A stretch of 38,169 nucleotides of DNA from the IMG/VR virus record IMGVR_UViG_3300046786_000064, positions 1-38,169 of that record. One strand, given 5' to 3'. A program made the translations under genes and the position numbers. Source of the stretch: a virus. Taxonomy: Duplodnaviria; Caudoviricetes. The notes under the pieces were generated by a model. That model was given only the letters and a program-made list of their open reading frames with translations. It was not told the DNA's origin and searched no databases. Shown one piece after another: positions 16,305-26,124 of the stretch. Each line of letters begins with the position of its first letter. The first letter of the stretch is position 1.

Positions 16305-16647
16305 TCAAATTGTTAATGCGTTTCATAAAGATTTTGTGAAAACTCATATGCCTGAGTTCTTGGCGCACGTTAAGCAACAAAACAAGTATGAGCTGGCATC
16401 GCAGAGCATGGCGAACTTGACCATCAAGAAGCGCACCCAAGACAAGACAATTCCGCTTCATGTCATGAGAGCGCCAAAGCGCAAGATTGGCAAGGACATG
16501 ACGATGGCGCAAGTCATGGACGAGCTGGCAGAGATAAAGCAAAAGAAACTCTCAGCCAAGCAGCGCGTTGATCTAGCGCCAAAAGAGTTCAACATTTATA
16601 GTCGTGCTGGTACGGCTAATGTCATTCCGAAGGGAAAGAAAAAATGA
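16291..16647 (+). CDS. Hypothetical basic protein
   Basis: 118 aa ORF in the operon. Confidence 0.72.
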   Translation: MTETNQIVNAFHKDFVKTHMPEFLAHVKQQNKYELASQSMANLTIKKRTQDKTIPLHVMRAPKRKIGKDMTMAQVMDELAEIKQKKLSAKQRVDLAPKEFNIYSRAGTANVIPKGKKK

Positions 16648-17051
16648 GCAAAGGGTCAACACGCCGCCAGCCGCAAATTGACGATCAAACATTAACGTCC
16701 AATTGGGACGCAATCTTCAAGAAGAAAGAGCCAGAACGGTTTAGGCTGTGTCCTGACTGCGGTCAGCCGTTGCATAAGGACTTGATTCACACCTGCTCAC
16801 CGCAAGTGAAGGACAAGACAGAGCAGCCCATTGGATGGATAGCGCAAAACGCTGTCGGTGACTATTACTTCAGGCTGAAAAAACCTGATGATGTCTACAA
16901 GCCTTTTCCTGTATTTAAGCCGAAACAGTGGATTGGCCTGACTGAAGAAGATAAACAAATTGCTTTTGATGACACGCAAGAGGGCGGTTCATTTTGGGAT
17001 TTTGCAGAAGCTATTGAAGCGACTTTAAGGAGAAAAAATGAGTTTAGATAG
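16644..17051 (+). CDS. Hypothetical modular protein (CxxC...HTC Zn knuckle plus WIGLT...LRRKN module)
   Basis: CPDCGQPLHKDLIHTCSPQ; WIGLTEED...FAEAIEATLRRKN. Confidence 0.75.
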   Translation: MSKGSTRRQPQIDDQTLTSNWDAIFKKKEPERFRLCPDCGQPLHKDLIHTCSPQVKDKTEQPIGWIAQNAVGDYYFRLKKPDDVYKPFPVFKPKQWIGLTEEDKQIAFDDTQEGGSFWDFAEAIEATLRRKNEFR

Positions 17052-17331
17052 AGTTATTGCTGAACAGCAAAAAAAGATAGATGACCTGACAGAAGCAAAC
17101 AAGAAGCTGATTGAGCGTGCAGCCAATGTGTTCAAAAAGAATGATGAATTATTCGAGGCCGTTGCCCGTCTGATTGATTTTAGGATGGACTTTGATGAAC
17201 ACAAATGGGAGGACAAAAAGCGGGAAGCCTATTGTTCATTGCGCCATGAGGTGCGTATGCAGATGATAGAGGCAGGTTACTGCGTGACTTGCTACAACTT
17301 CATGACCAATTGTGAGTGTGACTATGAATGA
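17038..17331 (+). CDS. Hypothetical protein (coiled coil plus C-terminal Cys cluster)
   Basis: AAGGAG SD; CVTCYNFMTNCEC. Confidence 0.75.
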   Translation: MSLDRVIAEQQKKIDDLTEANKKLIERAANVFKKNDELFEAVARLIDFRMDFDEHKWEDKKREAYCSLRHEVRMQMIEAGYCVTCYNFMTNCECDYE

Positions 17332-17339
17332 TGTAAACA

Positions 17340-17531
17340 ATGGCCAAAATACACCTTAGCCCACATCAAACCTTCATGCTCAAGCACTTTGCTTTGGGCT
17401 GGAAGTTCAAGCTGGTCAACAAGAAGGCTGGCTCATGGAACACATATTGGTCACTCAGGCGCAGAGGTTTGGTGAACTCGGGCAGCATATTGACTGAAAT
17501 TGGAAAAAAAGCATTAAGAGATAACACATGA
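17340..17531 (+). CDS. Small hypothetical protein, possible winged helix
   Basis: LSPHQ...TYWSLRRRGLV...LTEIGKKAL. Confidence 0.65.
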   Translation: MAKIHLSPHQTFMLKHFALGWKFKLVNKKAGSWNTYWSLRRRGLVNSGSILTEIGKKALRDNT

Positions 17532-17791
17532 CAGACATCAATGAAACATTGGCGCAGCGCCAAGAAACGCATGGAGATTTTCAAGGCCATGCTGACATCT
17601 CGCAAAGATTAAAAGCTATCTTGCGAGTTTACGAAGCAGAGCGTGGCTGTGATTTAGATCAAGATCAACGTGAGGCTTTAGAAATGATTTGCCACAAAAT
17701 TGCTCGCATCTTGAACGGCAATCCTGATCTGCATGATCATTGGCACGACATTGCTGGATATGCAACTTTGGTGGCTAACAGACTCAAATGA
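17528..17791 (+). CDS. DUF6378-like phage protein
   Basis: TLAQRQETHGDF...LEMICHKIARILNGNP...DHWHDIAGYATLV. Confidence 0.8.
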   Translation: MTDINETLAQRQETHGDFQGHADISQRLKAILRVYEAERGCDLDQDQREALEMICHKIARILNGNPDLHDHWHDIAGYATLVANRLK

Positions 17792-18168
17792 AGTCGGTAC
17801 AACGTCCTCGCATCATCCACGCCATCATGGATGAACCATTCACGGCTGTGGAGCTGGCTGGCATCGTCCACTGCCATGTCCGTACATCAAGGATGATTGT
17901 TGCCAAGCTCTACCGCGAAGGCAAAGTATTCATTCAAGAGTGGCGAAGGGTTGAGTACAACTCAATCCCTGCTGCTGCTTACCGTTACGGCATTGGCGTG
18001 GACGCAAAGAAGCCAAGGCCAATGACTCAGGCAGAGCGTGGACGTAAGCTGCGAGAGACAGAGGACGTTGAGCGTAAAGCCTTCAGGCTTGCACGTCAGC
18101 GCCAGCTAAGAAGGAAAGTCAAACGCGACCCGTTGGTGGCTGTGTTTTTTGGGTCAGCGTCCAAGTAA
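17788..18168 (+). CDS. Putative winged-HTH DNA-binding protein
   Basis: FTAVELAGIVHCHVRTSRMIVAKLYREGKVFIQEW; last plus-strand gene, 3' overlap with the convergent gene. Confidence 0.65.
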   Translation: MKSVQRPRIIHAIMDEPFTAVELAGIVHCHVRTSRMIVAKLYREGKVFIQEWRRVEYNSIPAAAYRYGIGVDAKKPRPMTQAERGRKLRETEDVERKAFRLARQRQLRRKVKRDPLVAVFFGSASK

Positions 18169-19851
18169 GCCGTTAAGACCTAACTTGTCTTCTTCTTGGT
18201 CCAACATTCCAGCCCCTAATGGAAGTGCTGGAACAGCAGCAAACATCTCTGGACCAAACTTTTTAAACAGCTCTTTACGTTCTTGCGGTGTTGAGTAGTA
18301 ATAAAGGTCTTGCAAACCTTGGCTTCTCAAATAATCAATTGATTGTTTTGGAGCGTTTGCTGGCAAGATTGCGCCTTTGAATTCACCAACTTGAACAGCA
18401 CGTTGAGGCTTGATCTCAAAGTATTCTGTTGGCATCTCACGCAACTTGTTCATAAACACTTGAACATCAGCTTTCAGTGACTCAGGGACATCCTTGTAAA
18501 TCTTGTCCAGCAAGTTCACGTTCCTTGTTTGACCAATCTCATACAAGGCATCTGGTGCGTCATAAGTATATCCAGACAATCCTTCAAGTTTTCCAAGGCG
18601 TTCTGTCAAATCTCCAAACGCACTGTCAATTTGCTTTTTAATTGGTTCAAATTTCTCAGGCGTAACAATACTTTCACGGGACGCTTTAACTTGATTCAAG
18701 TTTTTGAATTTAGGTGTTGCAACTGCTCTGATATTTCCAACGCCATACATAAAGCCTTCAGAGCCAGCACCACCCTTCATTTCTTTTACAAGATTATCAA
18801 GTGTTGCTGGCGCATAACGTCTGTTGCCAGAATATGTGAAACCTTTAAAGATTCGCTCTTTAATGTCTACACCAGCATCAGGCAATCGCTTATTGAAGTC
18901 GTTAAGCCAATCACCATACTCAGCTTTTAAGTTGTAAACGCCATCACTGAGTGCTTGGTTGTATTTCCAACCATCATCAAAGTCTTTTCTATTTGGCAAT
19001 ACTCCTTTTTCTTTTAGGAACTTTGCCATCATTGGCTTTGAATATTGACGGTCTTCCCAATTCTGGGCAAGTCTTGTCAATTCGTAATCGCCACCAACAT
19101 CATCAGCAACATCTGCAAACATTCCTTGCAGCTTCTTGGCTGACTTTGAATCCATTTGATAATCAATCTTTGGAGCGCGAGCTGTGTAAGCGTCAAATCC
19201 ATAAACAGGATTTTTAGCTGATGGTATAGCCATCTCCTTTGGTCCAATCAAAGAGATGTCGCCAAAATTAAGCATTGGGTTATCCACGTTAGAAACTGCG
19301 ATTGATGGTACTGGCATACCGCCAACTTGTTCAACTCGCGCCAATTTCTGTGGGCTGATATTGTGATGAACAATCATCTCTTGACCAGCAGGAACGCCAG
19401 ATACAAATGATTCACGGCTAGGCGAAAGCAATCCTGTTTCTGGAGCCATGCGGCTCATTGACCCTTGACTCAAATCACTCAACAACTGAGCTGGCAAACC
19501 GCCACGCTCCATCACTTGTGGGACAACACGTTCAGCCAAACGCTCACCAGCACGACCAGCAGATAAAAGACCAGCTTCAGCTCCACGCGCAGCAGGACCA
19601 ACCATTGGCGCAACCGTCATCAAAGCATCAGCAGTTTCAGGCTTGAGCAATGGCACGTTGGCACGACCGATATTGGTTAACGGCTCTCCGTAAGCCATAC
19701 GCTCAATCGTCTGTGGTACGCCAGTAGTTCCAAGCAAACCAGCAAAGCCTTGCATCTGCTGAGTGCGTTGTGGTGACTGCATCCACTTGTATGCGTCACT
19801 CAGTAGGCCGCCAAGATAGTTACGTGGCGTTGCTTGGATGTTGTCTGCCAT
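18154..19851 (-). CDS. Putative ejection/internal virion protein carrying an ART-like polyvalent-protein domain
   Basis: Last late gene; G/A-rich N-terminus, then HHNIS..L....GGMPVPSIAV...FGDISL...DAYT globular domain. Confidence 0.6.
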   Translation of the reverse strand: MADNIQATPRNYLGGLLSDAYKWMQSPQRTQQMQGFAGLLGTTGVPQTIERMAYGEPLTNIGRANVPLLKPETADALMTVAPMVGPAARGAEAGLLSAGRAGERLAERVVPQVMERGGLPAQLLSDLSQGSMSRMAPETGLLSPSRESFVSGVPAGQEMIVHHNISPQKLARVEQVGGMPVPSIAVSNVDNPMLNFGDISLIGPKEMAIPSAKNPVYGFDAYTARAPKIDYQMDSKSAKKLQGMFADVADDVGGDYELTRLAQNWEDRQYSKPMMAKFLKEKGVLPNRKDFDDGWKYNQALSDGVYNLKAEYGDWLNDFNKRLPDAGVDIKERIFKGFTYSGNRRYAPATLDNLVKEMKGGAGSEGFMYGVGNIRAVATPKFKNLNQVKASRESIVTPEKFEPIKKQIDSAFGDLTERLGKLEGLSGYTYDAPDALYEIGQTRNVNLLDKIYKDVPESLKADVQVFMNKLREMPTEYFEIKPQRAVQVGEFKGAILPANAPKQSIDYLRSQGLQDLYYYSTPQERKELFKKFGPEMFAAVPALPLGAGMLDQEEDKLGLNGLLGR

Positions 19852-19854
19852 GAT

Positions 19855-21930
19855 TTATTGTCCGTTTTGTGGAAATGCTAAGTTGCTGCCAATCTGTCCA
19901 CCAGTGTAGCCACCATAACCAGCAGCCGCAGCGCGTGATGCGTTCAGCTTACGCATTGTCTCGTTCAAGTCAAGCAGCTTTTGCTGTTCGCGTGAAAGAA
20001 GGATGCGACCGATTTCATTACGCACTGGCTCTGGTGTCTGCACCTTATTCATCAATGACGAGCCAGCAGACACCATTGCTGGCAAATTACCAGTACCAGC
20101 AGCTTGAACACCTTGCATCAATGGCGCGACATCCAAGTCAGCAGCACCAGCCAAACGTGCAGCAGTCTGAGAGCCACGACCAGCAGACTCCATGCCCTTC
20201 AATCGAGCTTCACGCGCAACATCAGCAGCAAACTTGCGGTAGTCATTGCCAAACACTTCGCGCAAACGGTCTTTCGTTGCGTCCTCTTTCCACATCTTGA
20301 GCAATGATGTTTGACCAGCTTCTGTGCCTGTCTTTTGACGCAAGGCTTGCAAAGCGCCAATGCGATATGCGTCCATCTCTGATGGCGTGAAACCTTTGGT
20401 CAATTGCTTGATGTCCATGATGTCACCCGTCAAAGCCTTGCGACCAGCTTCGGCTGCGTCCATCATCTGAGAAGGACCAGCCCAAGTTTTCATGGCTTGC
20501 GTGTAAGCAGATTGACCACCAACCTTTGGTGACTTTGCTTCAAGCAAACTGACAAGGCTTGTACGCACGTCATCGTATGCGTTGGCTTGCTGACCGCTGC
20601 CAGCGCGTTTCAATGTCTGAGCTGAGTCGTACAAGGATTGCTTCAAGGTGTCCAGCACGTTCATTGGAACTTGCTCACCAACCTTCAGTTTGGACAAGTC
20701 AAGGGTCTGGCCTGTCTTTGTTTCAAACAGCAACTCAGCAGCGCCTTGAGCGCGTTTAGAACGGTTCAGCACGTCCATCAGTTGGTTGTCAACCGTGACA
20801 ACAGCCTTGTCGATCACGTCATAGAAAGGGCGTGATGCTGTTTGACGTTGCAAGTTGAATTGCTCAAGACTTCCAAGAAAGTCTGCGCCTTGTGTTCCGA
20901 GTGCAGTATCAGCAGCGCCCATCAAGCGACCAGCACGACCAGCTTGACGCTCACGGATTGCGCGTTCCAATGCCTGTTTAGTCTCGCCAGAAAGCGTTGC
21001 AACAGTGTCCAACAACTGACGTGTGTTAGCACCACCAACGTCAGCAATACGGGCTTCAGCGCCGAGCTTGCCCATGCGAGCCTGAGAGATACCCAACGCG
21101 CTTGACAGCAATTCTGGTGGCGTATCGCGCAGCAAGGCTTCAGCAACCTTCTGTTCAGCGTAGCGTCCAGCAGCCTTGTCAGAGACACGACCAAGAACTT
21201 GGCGACCACCAGCACCAAGCACAGCCATTACGGGTTGTGTTGCAACTCCAGCGCCCAATCCAACAGCGCCTGACTTCAATACGTCTTTCGTGATGTCGCC
21301 AACGGATTCAGCCTCGGTTGAACCGAGTCCACCAATAAGGCCATAGCCAAGACCTGATGTTCCAGCCTGTGCAATGCGCTGACCCATACCCATAACCTGA
21401 CCAGCCGCAGGAGTACCAGCCAAATACTGACCAGCCTTGGCGATCATTGGCGCAACGTAAGGAGCTGCCGCAGTGCCAGCAGCCTGAACACCTCGGCTAA
21501 CGCCCTGTGTTGCCATCATTGGCAAAGAGGCTGCGGCTTGTAGGCCAGCAGAAGTCCAAGGGCTTTCCTTGCCATAAGACTCAGCAGCACCACGGGCAAC
21601 ATCACGATACTTTGCGTATTGTTCTGCCAGTGGTTTGCCTGTTCTCATTGCGCCAATTGGTGCAAGTACAGCGCCAGCCAGCTCATCCATGAAGCCGAAT
21701 GTTGGACCTTGCATTGCGCTGACCAACGCACGTTGTGACTCAGGCAGCGCAGCTCCTGCACGATATGCAGGGTTTAAGAAGTTCAGGATTTCTTTTGGCT
21801 TGTATTGAGCCGCCAATGCTTCATTTATTTGCGGACCAACGTCAGGCATCTGAGATAAAAACTGGACGATCTTATCGTCATCGTATCCAGCTTTGCGAGC
21901 CTCAGAGATTTTGCTTTGTAGACCGTCCAT
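19855..21930 (-). CDS. Putative DNA ejection (internal virion) protein
   Basis: 691 aa, Ala/Gly-rich helical, QGPTFGFMDELAG motif; podovirus ejectosome position. Confidence 0.7.
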   Translation of the reverse strand: MDGLQSKISEARKAGYDDDKIVQFLSQMPDVGPQINEALAAQYKPKEILNFLNPAYRAGAALPESQRALVSAMQGPTFGFMDELAGAVLAPIGAMRTGKPLAEQYAKYRDVARGAAESYGKESPWTSAGLQAAASLPMMATQGVSRGVQAAGTAAAPYVAPMIAKAGQYLAGTPAAGQVMGMGQRIAQAGTSGLGYGLIGGLGSTEAESVGDITKDVLKSGAVGLGAGVATQPVMAVLGAGGRQVLGRVSDKAAGRYAEQKVAEALLRDTPPELLSSALGISQARMGKLGAEARIADVGGANTRQLLDTVATLSGETKQALERAIRERQAGRAGRLMGAADTALGTQGADFLGSLEQFNLQRQTASRPFYDVIDKAVVTVDNQLMDVLNRSKRAQGAAELLFETKTGQTLDLSKLKVGEQVPMNVLDTLKQSLYDSAQTLKRAGSGQQANAYDDVRTSLVSLLEAKSPKVGGQSAYTQAMKTWAGPSQMMDAAEAGRKALTGDIMDIKQLTKGFTPSEMDAYRIGALQALRQKTGTEAGQTSLLKMWKEDATKDRLREVFGNDYRKFAADVAREARLKGMESAGRGSQTAARLAGAADLDVAPLMQGVQAAGTGNLPAMVSAGSSLMNKVQTPEPVRNEIGRILLSREQQKLLDLNETMRKLNASRAAAAGYGGYTGGQIGSNLAFPQNGQ

Positions 21931-21940
21931 GATCTAGTCC

Positions 21941-23293
21941 TTATTGTTGTGGTGGTGTACCGAAGATTGCGTCTAGTGACTTGCGTTGTTGACCGCCTCC
22001 ACCAGCTCCAGCACCAGCTCCACCGCCACCAAGTGAACCTGAGTTTTTCATTATTGATGGGATAGTCGCTGGAGCGCCAAGAGCTTTGTTTGCATCAAGG
22101 TTGTACTTTGCGCCAAACTCAGCAATCTCATTGCGCTTCGCGTTGTAAGCCTGACCAGCAGCAGAGTACAACTCTGTCGCAAGGTTCTGGAAATCTTGAC
22201 GTTGTGTTGGAGTTAGCTTTTTACCGTCAGCCCAATTTTTCACATAGTATTGCAAACGGTCCATCTTTCCAGATGCAGCCATTGCAATGCCAAGTTCAGA
22301 TTCACGCACCACCGAGCCAGGGTCCAGCAACTTCATAATCTTTGTGGCTGCTGCTGTATCTCCAATTGGAGTCTCTTGTTTCAATGATGACACGACTTGG
22401 CTGTATGCCGTTTTCATGTCGTTAAAGTCTTTGTAAATTGGTTCAGCAGAGAACGTCTTTTTCAGACTCATCTCATTTTCAAAACCCTTTTGACCATTAC
22501 CCATGTCAATATTGATAGCACCAGACCTACGAATTGCCATGATGTTTTCAAAAGTAATTGGTCTACCAGCAGCCTTCAACAAACGCACTTCAGTTGGAGT
22601 TGCTTCAGCAGAAACAACAGAAGTCACTTGACCAGTACGAGCGTTCTGCTGATAAGTTGCATCTGTTGGAAGACCCATTGCAGCGGCTTGATCAGGAGTC
22701 AAGATGTTGAAACTTTCACGCTTGAGTTCTTCTTCAAGAATCTTAGGCAGCGCAGTCTTTGGAGACATTGCAGCAATTGCTCTCATTTGTGGTGACAAGT
22801 TTTGCAACACTCCACCGCCAACCGTAGGTTGAGAAACAGGCATAGGCATTGGTGCAGGAGCCGTGTAAGTTCCACCGCCAAGCATTGTGTTTGGTGCAGC
22901 ACCACGACCACCAAGATCAGTGCCACTGACAGGCTCAGTTGGCATTTCTGGCATTGGCGCTGCTGCTGGTGCAACTTGTCCACCGCCAAGAATATATTGC
23001 TGCAACATTCTTTCGCGTTGAATCTCATCCAGCTTTTGTTTTGCCATCAAATTCTGCACAGCACCTTGCTGCGCTTGCGCATAGCCCTGCTGTCCTGCTT
23101 GCAAAGCGCCGCCAAGCGCCTGACCAAGCGAAGTTGGACGTGCGCTAGGTCCACCAGCTTGCAGCAAGGCAGCGGCTGCTTGAAGCATACCCTGCTGCTG
23201 GATTGCTTGTGTCTGTGCTGGCGTTAGATATTCCTCAAGGCCAGTACCGCCTTGACCAAAGAGTAAACCACCAAAATCTTGCATTGCCATCAT
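21941..23293 (-). CDS. Putative DNA ejection (internal virion) protein
   Basis: 450 aa, Q/A/G-rich, MKLLDPGSVVRESE motif. Confidence 0.7.
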   Translation of the reverse strand: MMAMQDFGGLLFGQGGTGLEEYLTPAQTQAIQQQGMLQAAAALLQAGGPSARPTSLGQALGGALQAGQQGYAQAQQGAVQNLMAKQKLDEIQRERMLQQYILGGGQVAPAAAPMPEMPTEPVSGTDLGGRGAAPNTMLGGGTYTAPAPMPMPVSQPTVGGGVLQNLSPQMRAIAAMSPKTALPKILEEELKRESFNILTPDQAAAMGLPTDATYQQNARTGQVTSVVSAEATPTEVRLLKAAGRPITFENIMAIRRSGAINIDMGNGQKGFENEMSLKKTFSAEPIYKDFNDMKTAYSQVVSSLKQETPIGDTAAATKIMKLLDPGSVVRESELGIAMAASGKMDRLQYYVKNWADGKKLTPTQRQDFQNLATELYSAAGQAYNAKRNEIAEFGAKYNLDANKALGAPATIPSIMKNSGSLGGGGAGAGAGGGGQQRKSLDAIFGTPPQQ

Positions 23294-23300
23294 TTACCCC

Positions 23301-24284
23301 TTACAGGAAGCCCAATAAACCACCAGCCAAAGCACCATAACCAGCGTACTCAGGACTAATCATCTTGCCCAATGTAGCGCCACCCAATGCACCGCCAAGT
23401 GCAGTTGCACCAGCATTGCGATAAATTGGTGTTGTCTGTGTGCCGCCAAGGTTTGCTGGCTGCAAGCTCAAAGCGCCTTGAGCAATGTTCAAACGCTCCA
23501 AGCCAAGGTTGCGTGTAGCATCAAGACGTTGTTGCTCGTATTGACGGCGAGCTTCTTCTTGAGCCAATGCAACAGCTTGAGCGTTGCCAAAGCCTTGGCT
23601 GCGCAAGTTCGCCAATGTGCTTGCTTGTGTGCGGTCATAGGCTTCATTGGTCAATGCTTGTGCAACACCTTGACGCGAACCGCCAAAGGCTTTTGCGCGT
23701 GTTGCAGTATTCAGGTCAGCCATTTGTTGCATCTGACGTTGACGGTTCAAATCAGCCATAGAAGCATCAATCACTTCTTGCTGATATGGATTCATGTACT
23801 TCTGAACCATGTTCGTGCTGTACTCAGGGAAGGCAGCAAACTGTCGTGGCCCAAGGCCAGCAGCAGTTTGACGCGCTTCCTCAAGGTTGCGCAGATAGGC
23901 TTCCTTCATCTGCGGGTCAATTGACGTGCTTGATGTGGATGATGTTGGCTGATTGCCGCCAAGGACTTTGCTTGCCAAAGCGCCAGCGCCAAGAGCTGTA
24001 CCCCAACCAAGATTTCCAAGTACGCTGCTTCCAGCCGCAGCAGGGCTTGATGCCCACGCGCCGCTGGCTTCGCCAAGGAGTTCAGGAGCGCCAGAGCCAA
24101 ACAAACTACCAAGTCCACCGCCAGCAGCAGCTTCACCAGCTAGATATGGATAAGCCATATAAGCACCACCAGCCAACAATGCGGCTTTGCCTAGATCAGA
24201 ACCAGCAACATCTTTGACAGTATCAACTGCACCGCCAACGAGATCGCCAACACCACCAACAACATCACCTACAACGCCACCCAT
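23301..24284 (-). CDS. Putative DNA ejection/pilot protein
   Basis: Start reassigned to ATG 24284 (AAGGGG SD); YMNPYQQEVID, AFGGSRQGV, glycine-zipper termini. Confidence 0.72.
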   Translation of the reverse strand: MGGVVGDVVGGVGDLVGGAVDTVKDVAGSDLGKAALLAGGAYMAYPYLAGEAAAGGGLGSLFGSGAPELLGEASGAWASSPAAAGSSVLGNLGWGTALGAGALASKVLGGNQPTSSTSSTSIDPQMKEAYLRNLEEARQTAAGLGPRQFAAFPEYSTNMVQKYMNPYQQEVIDASMADLNRQRQMQQMADLNTATRAKAFGGSRQGVAQALTNEAYDRTQASTLANLRSQGFGNAQAVALAQEEARRQYEQQRLDATRNLGLERLNIAQGALSLQPANLGGTQTTPIYRNAGATALGGALGGATLGKMISPEYAGYGALAGGLLGFL

Positions 24285-24297
24285 ATCATTCCCCTTT

Positions 24298-24603
24298 TCA
24301 CGCCCTTGAAGCGTAGATGTAGGCCATAGAGCCATCAACCAAATTAGTTTGACATTTCTCTGTCCAGCCAAATGATTCAGCGAACTTCTTGAGCTTGATG
24401 TCATCTTCACGGACAAGAGCCAAAACCGTCAAATTGACCAATCTCAGCAAATCATCCACGTCTTGCGAATACCGTCTTTTGACCTCTCCTGTCCACCTAA
24501 AGATGTCAGTGTGAAACCAAACATTTCCGTTGAAGTATTCAAAATACATGATGTATTCAGGACGAACACAAACAGGTACTTTTCCCGCCTTCAACTCTTG
24601 CAT
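24298..24603 (-). CDS. Hypothetical protein, possible degenerate GNAT fold
   Basis: KLKKFAESFGW resembles GNAT motif B; position between tail tube and ejection genes. Confidence 0.55.
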   Translation of the reverse strand: MQELKAGKVPVCVRPEYIMYFEYFNGNVWFHTDIFRWTGEVKRRYSQDVDDLLRLVNLTVLALVREDDIKLKKFAESFGWTEKCQTNLVDGSMAYIYASRA

Positions 24604-24635
24604 GAATTTTAGTCTCTTGGCGACTCAATAGCGCA

Positions 24636-26117
24636 TCACCGTTGTCCAGCAGCAATTGCATCAACACGGGTTACGCCAATGCGCCAATCATCTAAAACAT
24701 TTCCTGTGTAGCGAATCTTGGCCTGACGTGCTGAGAATCGCACATCGGTTGGCTGAGATGCTGAATATGGGCCGTGAGTCGTTTCTTCTGAAGTTGGGTA
24801 CATCCGAGTCTTAAACGACACAACGACCTCACCAAGCGTTTGCTCGTCAGGGATAACTCTACGCACAGACATGATGTTGTCGCCGTTGCCAATTTCGTAA
24901 GGTCCAGACTCAGCGTAAGGCGTACCGCCTTCGTAGTCAAAACCGACTTCGTGTTCGTAGACGTAGCCATCAGTAGAAACCATCAATGGGTTTGAGAACA
25001 CGCCTCGATCAGTTCCAGCAGTGCGAGCCATCAAGCCAATTGACCAATGGCCTTCACGGTAGTTATAAGTCACATACGAGTCGTTCTCGTTTGATTGACT
25101 TGAAGGATAGAACCAAGTGATTTCACCGTACTTGCTGTTGTGAACAGCGTAAATCTTGCTGGCCTGTGTGTAGTTGATATTCTGGAAAATGTAGTCGCCA
25201 ACGTCTGATTGCAAAGGCTTGACGTAACCGTCATAAATCCAGAAGCCTGAACGAGACATCCAGATTGCTGCCGTATCAATGGCAGCAACAGATTGGGATG
25301 AAATCACACCACAGCCTGAACCGACCTTTTCAAACGAATAGACGTATGTCCCGCCAATCCAAGTACCAGCATGAACGTCAACGTCAGTGAACAGCAAGTT
25401 GACTCCACGAACTCGCTTACCGCACTTTAGTGAACCAACAGTTGCCAATTCAAAGTCGCCAGCCTGATTTGTTGTCGAAGGAGTCCAGTCTGTGTTGTCT
25501 TCTTGATCACACCAAGCAACTTTGCGTGGGTTGCCTGACGCGCCGAGCGCAAAGACAAAGCGTTCAGCAGTCACCATCACAGCAGCGCATGATGTTGGAG
25601 CGCCAGACACGGCAACAGCCTTTGTTGGCGTACCGAAGTCCAACTGCCACTCAAGGATTTGACCGTCAGAAGATGAACAAGCCAACAGATACTCGCCCCA
25701 TGCGTCCATTGTCCAAGTTGTTGCAGGAACGTAAGAGCCTAAATCTGGACGCGCAACACCGTAAGCATACGAGCCGTAAGTGCTGTAACCATAGCCAAGT
25801 TTGACAACAGCGTCAGCAGCGCCTGTTGTGAATGTGGTTGGCGTGATGTCCTTCAGAGTACCAGCCTCATTCATGGCATACAGCTTGGTGTTTGTACCAG
25901 CAGCAATCCAACGGTCATTGGAGTTGTCACGCCAAGTGAGCAACCCACGGCATTTGCCTGTCATCTGAGAAGATGAACGCTTGCGCCATCCACCCAAAGG
26001 ACGCAAAGTGCCTTCAAACCAACGAACTAGGTTTGAGTCATACCAACGTCCAGATGATTGATATTCAGTGCCGTTACGGTAGACACCAGCAGGGATTTTG
26101 AGTGGTACGAGTGCCAT
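24636..26117 (-). CDS. Tail tubular/nozzle protein (packaged DNA stabilisation, P22 gp10-like role)
   Basis: 493 aa, beta-propeller-like; VAWCDQED, GCGVIS, EITWFYPS; synteny. Confidence 0.72.
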   Translation of the reverse strand: MALVPLKIPAGVYRNGTEYQSSGRWYDSNLVRWFEGTLRPLGGWRKRSSSQMTGKCRGLLTWRDNSNDRWIAAGTNTKLYAMNEAGTLKDITPTTFTTGAADAVVKLGYGYSTYGSYAYGVARPDLGSYVPATTWTMDAWGEYLLACSSSDGQILEWQLDFGTPTKAVAVSGAPTSCAAVMVTAERFVFALGASGNPRKVAWCDQEDNTDWTPSTTNQAGDFELATVGSLKCGKRVRGVNLLFTDVDVHAGTWIGGTYVYSFEKVGSGCGVISSQSVAAIDTAAIWMSRSGFWIYDGYVKPLQSDVGDYIFQNINYTQASKIYAVHNSKYGEITWFYPSSQSNENDSYVTYNYREGHWSIGLMARTAGTDRGVFSNPLMVSTDGYVYEHEVGFDYEGGTPYAESGPYEIGNGDNIMSVRRVIPDEQTLGEVVVSFKTRMYPTSEETTHGPYSASQPTDVRFSARQAKIRYTGNVLDDWRIGVTRVDAIAAGQR

Positions 26118-26124
26118 AGTTCAA

